DNA of 24,047 bases from a virus (Duplodnaviria; Caudoviricetes). The notes under the pieces are model-generated. The model did no database searches. It saw only the letters and a program-made list of their open reading frames with translations, and had not been told where the DNA came from. Numbering within the stretch: the stretch's first letter is position 1; each line of letters opens with the position of its first letter. The DNA is taken from positions 1-24,047 of IMG/VR virus record IMGVR_UViG_3300005805_000490; one strand, written 5' to 3'. Of this stretch, positions 23,168 through 24,047 are shown in pieces. The position numbers and the translations under genes are program-made.

Positions 23168-23308
23168 TTATTCGAGAATTTCAAAACGGAAAATTTCAGG
23201 GGAATTCTTCACCGATTCAACTACCTCCCGGAGGAGCTCCTCCTTGAGGTCATCTAGATCCATGTCAGTGGTATCTATGTCAACCGTAACACTCACGTCA
23301 ATCAGCAT
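23168..23308 (-). CDS. 46-aa acidic protein (not in ORF track)
   Basis: GGAG RBS; TAATG coupling; MLIDVSVTVDIDTTDMDLDDLKEELLREVVESVKNSPEIFRFEILE*. Confidence 0.7.
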   Translation of the reverse strand: MLIDVSVTVDIDTTDMDLDDLKEELLREVVESVKNSPEIFRFEILE

Positions 23309-23499
23309 TACTGAGCTCCCCTCATTGCATTGTAGTCACGAAGACGCCTTGCATCCTCTTCGATGATGTGCGTCGTTAGGAAGAACTTAAAACGATCAGC
23401 CTTACGGATGTCATAGAGCGCTAGTGCTTCTGCAAGCATCTCAAGATCCGTGTTCTTCATGTTAAGAATGTCAGACACTAGGTTAGCCATTGTACGCAT
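23308..23499 (-). CDS. Hypothetical early protein
   Basis: AAGGAG RBS; TAATG coupling. Confidence 0.75.
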   Translation of the reverse strand: MRTMANLVSDILNMKNTDLEMLAEALALYDIRKADRFKFFLTTHIIEEDARRLRDYNAMRGAQ

Positions 23500-23726
23500 T
23501 ACACTTCTCCTTTAATCCGTTTGGTTGCACGAATGATGCTCTCAAGCGTTTGCCTGGAAGCCTTCTCATCTTTGCTCGACATCATCAGATCAGCGATGAA
23601 GACTTGCATTCCACCAAGAGCGGCAGCGTAGCCTGATCCATTGTCTAGACCCTGAGCTTTAGCCTTAGCCTTGCACTCTTCCAGGTAGTCGTTAAATACT
23701 GCATCCATCTCTTTATACGTAATCAT
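23499..23726 (-). CDS. Hypothetical early protein
   Basis: AAGGA RBS before MITYKEM at 23726. Confidence 0.75.
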   Translation of the reverse strand: MITYKEMDAVFNDYLEECKAKAKAQGLDNGSGYAAALGGMQVFIADLMMSSKDEKASRQTLESIIRATKRIKGEV

Positions 23727-23736
23727 TGTCTTTTCC

Positions 23737-23955
23737 TTAGATAAAATAGCCGATTGCGAAAGCACCAGCTGCAATTGCAAGACCACCAGCAATCATTGCT
23801 GTAACCAAGAACCCGATACCACCACCGTCAAGATCGAACGGATCAGAACCCAAGAGACGGGCGATACCATATGCAGGGATCAAGAACGGAGCCAAAAGCA
23901 GAACAAGCACGATTTGACCAACCACTTTAAGACTCCACTCGATTACGTTTTTCAT
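23737..23955 (-). CDS. Hypothetical 2-TM membrane protein
   Basis: AAGGA RBS; two hydrophobic helices. Confidence 0.75.
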   Translation of the reverse strand: MKNVIEWSLKVVGQIVLVLLLAPFLIPAYGIARLLGSDPFDLDGGGIGFLVTAMIAGGLAIAAGAFAIGYFI

Positions 23956-23986
23956 TTTGTTTCCTTTCATTGTTTACTGTGCCTAC

Positions 23987-24015
23987 AGCATATCATAAAA
24001 GTCACAAAAGGTCAA
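23987..24015 (-). promoter_or_regulatory. Sigma70-type early promoter
   Basis: TTGACC-N17-TATGCT; shares its upstream flank with the promoter at 22948-22975. Confidence 0.6.
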
Positions 24016-24038
24016 CAGGTACGTAACTTATTGATTTT
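24011..24038. repeat. 28-bp direct repeat, copy 2
   Basis: Identical to 22971-22998. Confidence 0.9.
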
Positions 24039-24047
24039 TCAAGTAAA

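Noticed and set aside
3042-23366. Plus-strand ORFs opposite the minus-strand genes (e.g. 15424-15840, 15874-16329, 22609-22896)
   Set aside because: They lie antisense to well-supported genes and lack RBSs or recognisable motifs.
1-24047. Integrase, transposase, intron, intein or homing endonuclease
   Set aside because: No such motifs seen; gp44, gp45, gp62 and regA are of normal length and uninterrupted.

Overview
Fragment of an AT-rich T4-like (myovirus-type) dsDNA phage genome, probably infecting an aquatic Proteobacterium (inferred from GGAG Shine-Dalgarno use, sigma70-type promoters and a proteobacterial-type rubrerythrin). Positions 1-2343 on the + strand hold a run of small membrane and lipoprotein genes that may be a lysis/envelope module. 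Everything else is on the - strand. In transcription order (right to left) it carries: small early genes behind repeated TTGAC-N16-TATAAT promoters; a MazG-like gene; ribosomal protein bS21; nine tRNAs; a 2OG-Fe(II) oxygenase; a YkuK/RNase H-like gene; rubrerythrin; a GNAT; an HExxH protein; DUF932; a sugar cassette (RfbH/DdhC-type C3 dehydrase, SDR enzyme, four glycosyltransferases); gp45-[2OG oxygenase]-gp44-gp62-regA; Hsp20; and two FkbM methyltransferases. The most notable observations are: (1) a putative 3,6-dideoxyhexose glycosylation system preceded by a terminator hairpin that contains a T4 late promoter; (2) a ROSE-like RNA thermometer on hsp20; (3) a CDS whose stop codon lies inside a tRNA; (4) a tRNA-Tyr with G8/C14 in place of U8/A14; (5) early promoters whose -35 box reuses upstream stop codons. 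All product calls come from motif recognition by eye; no database searches were run.
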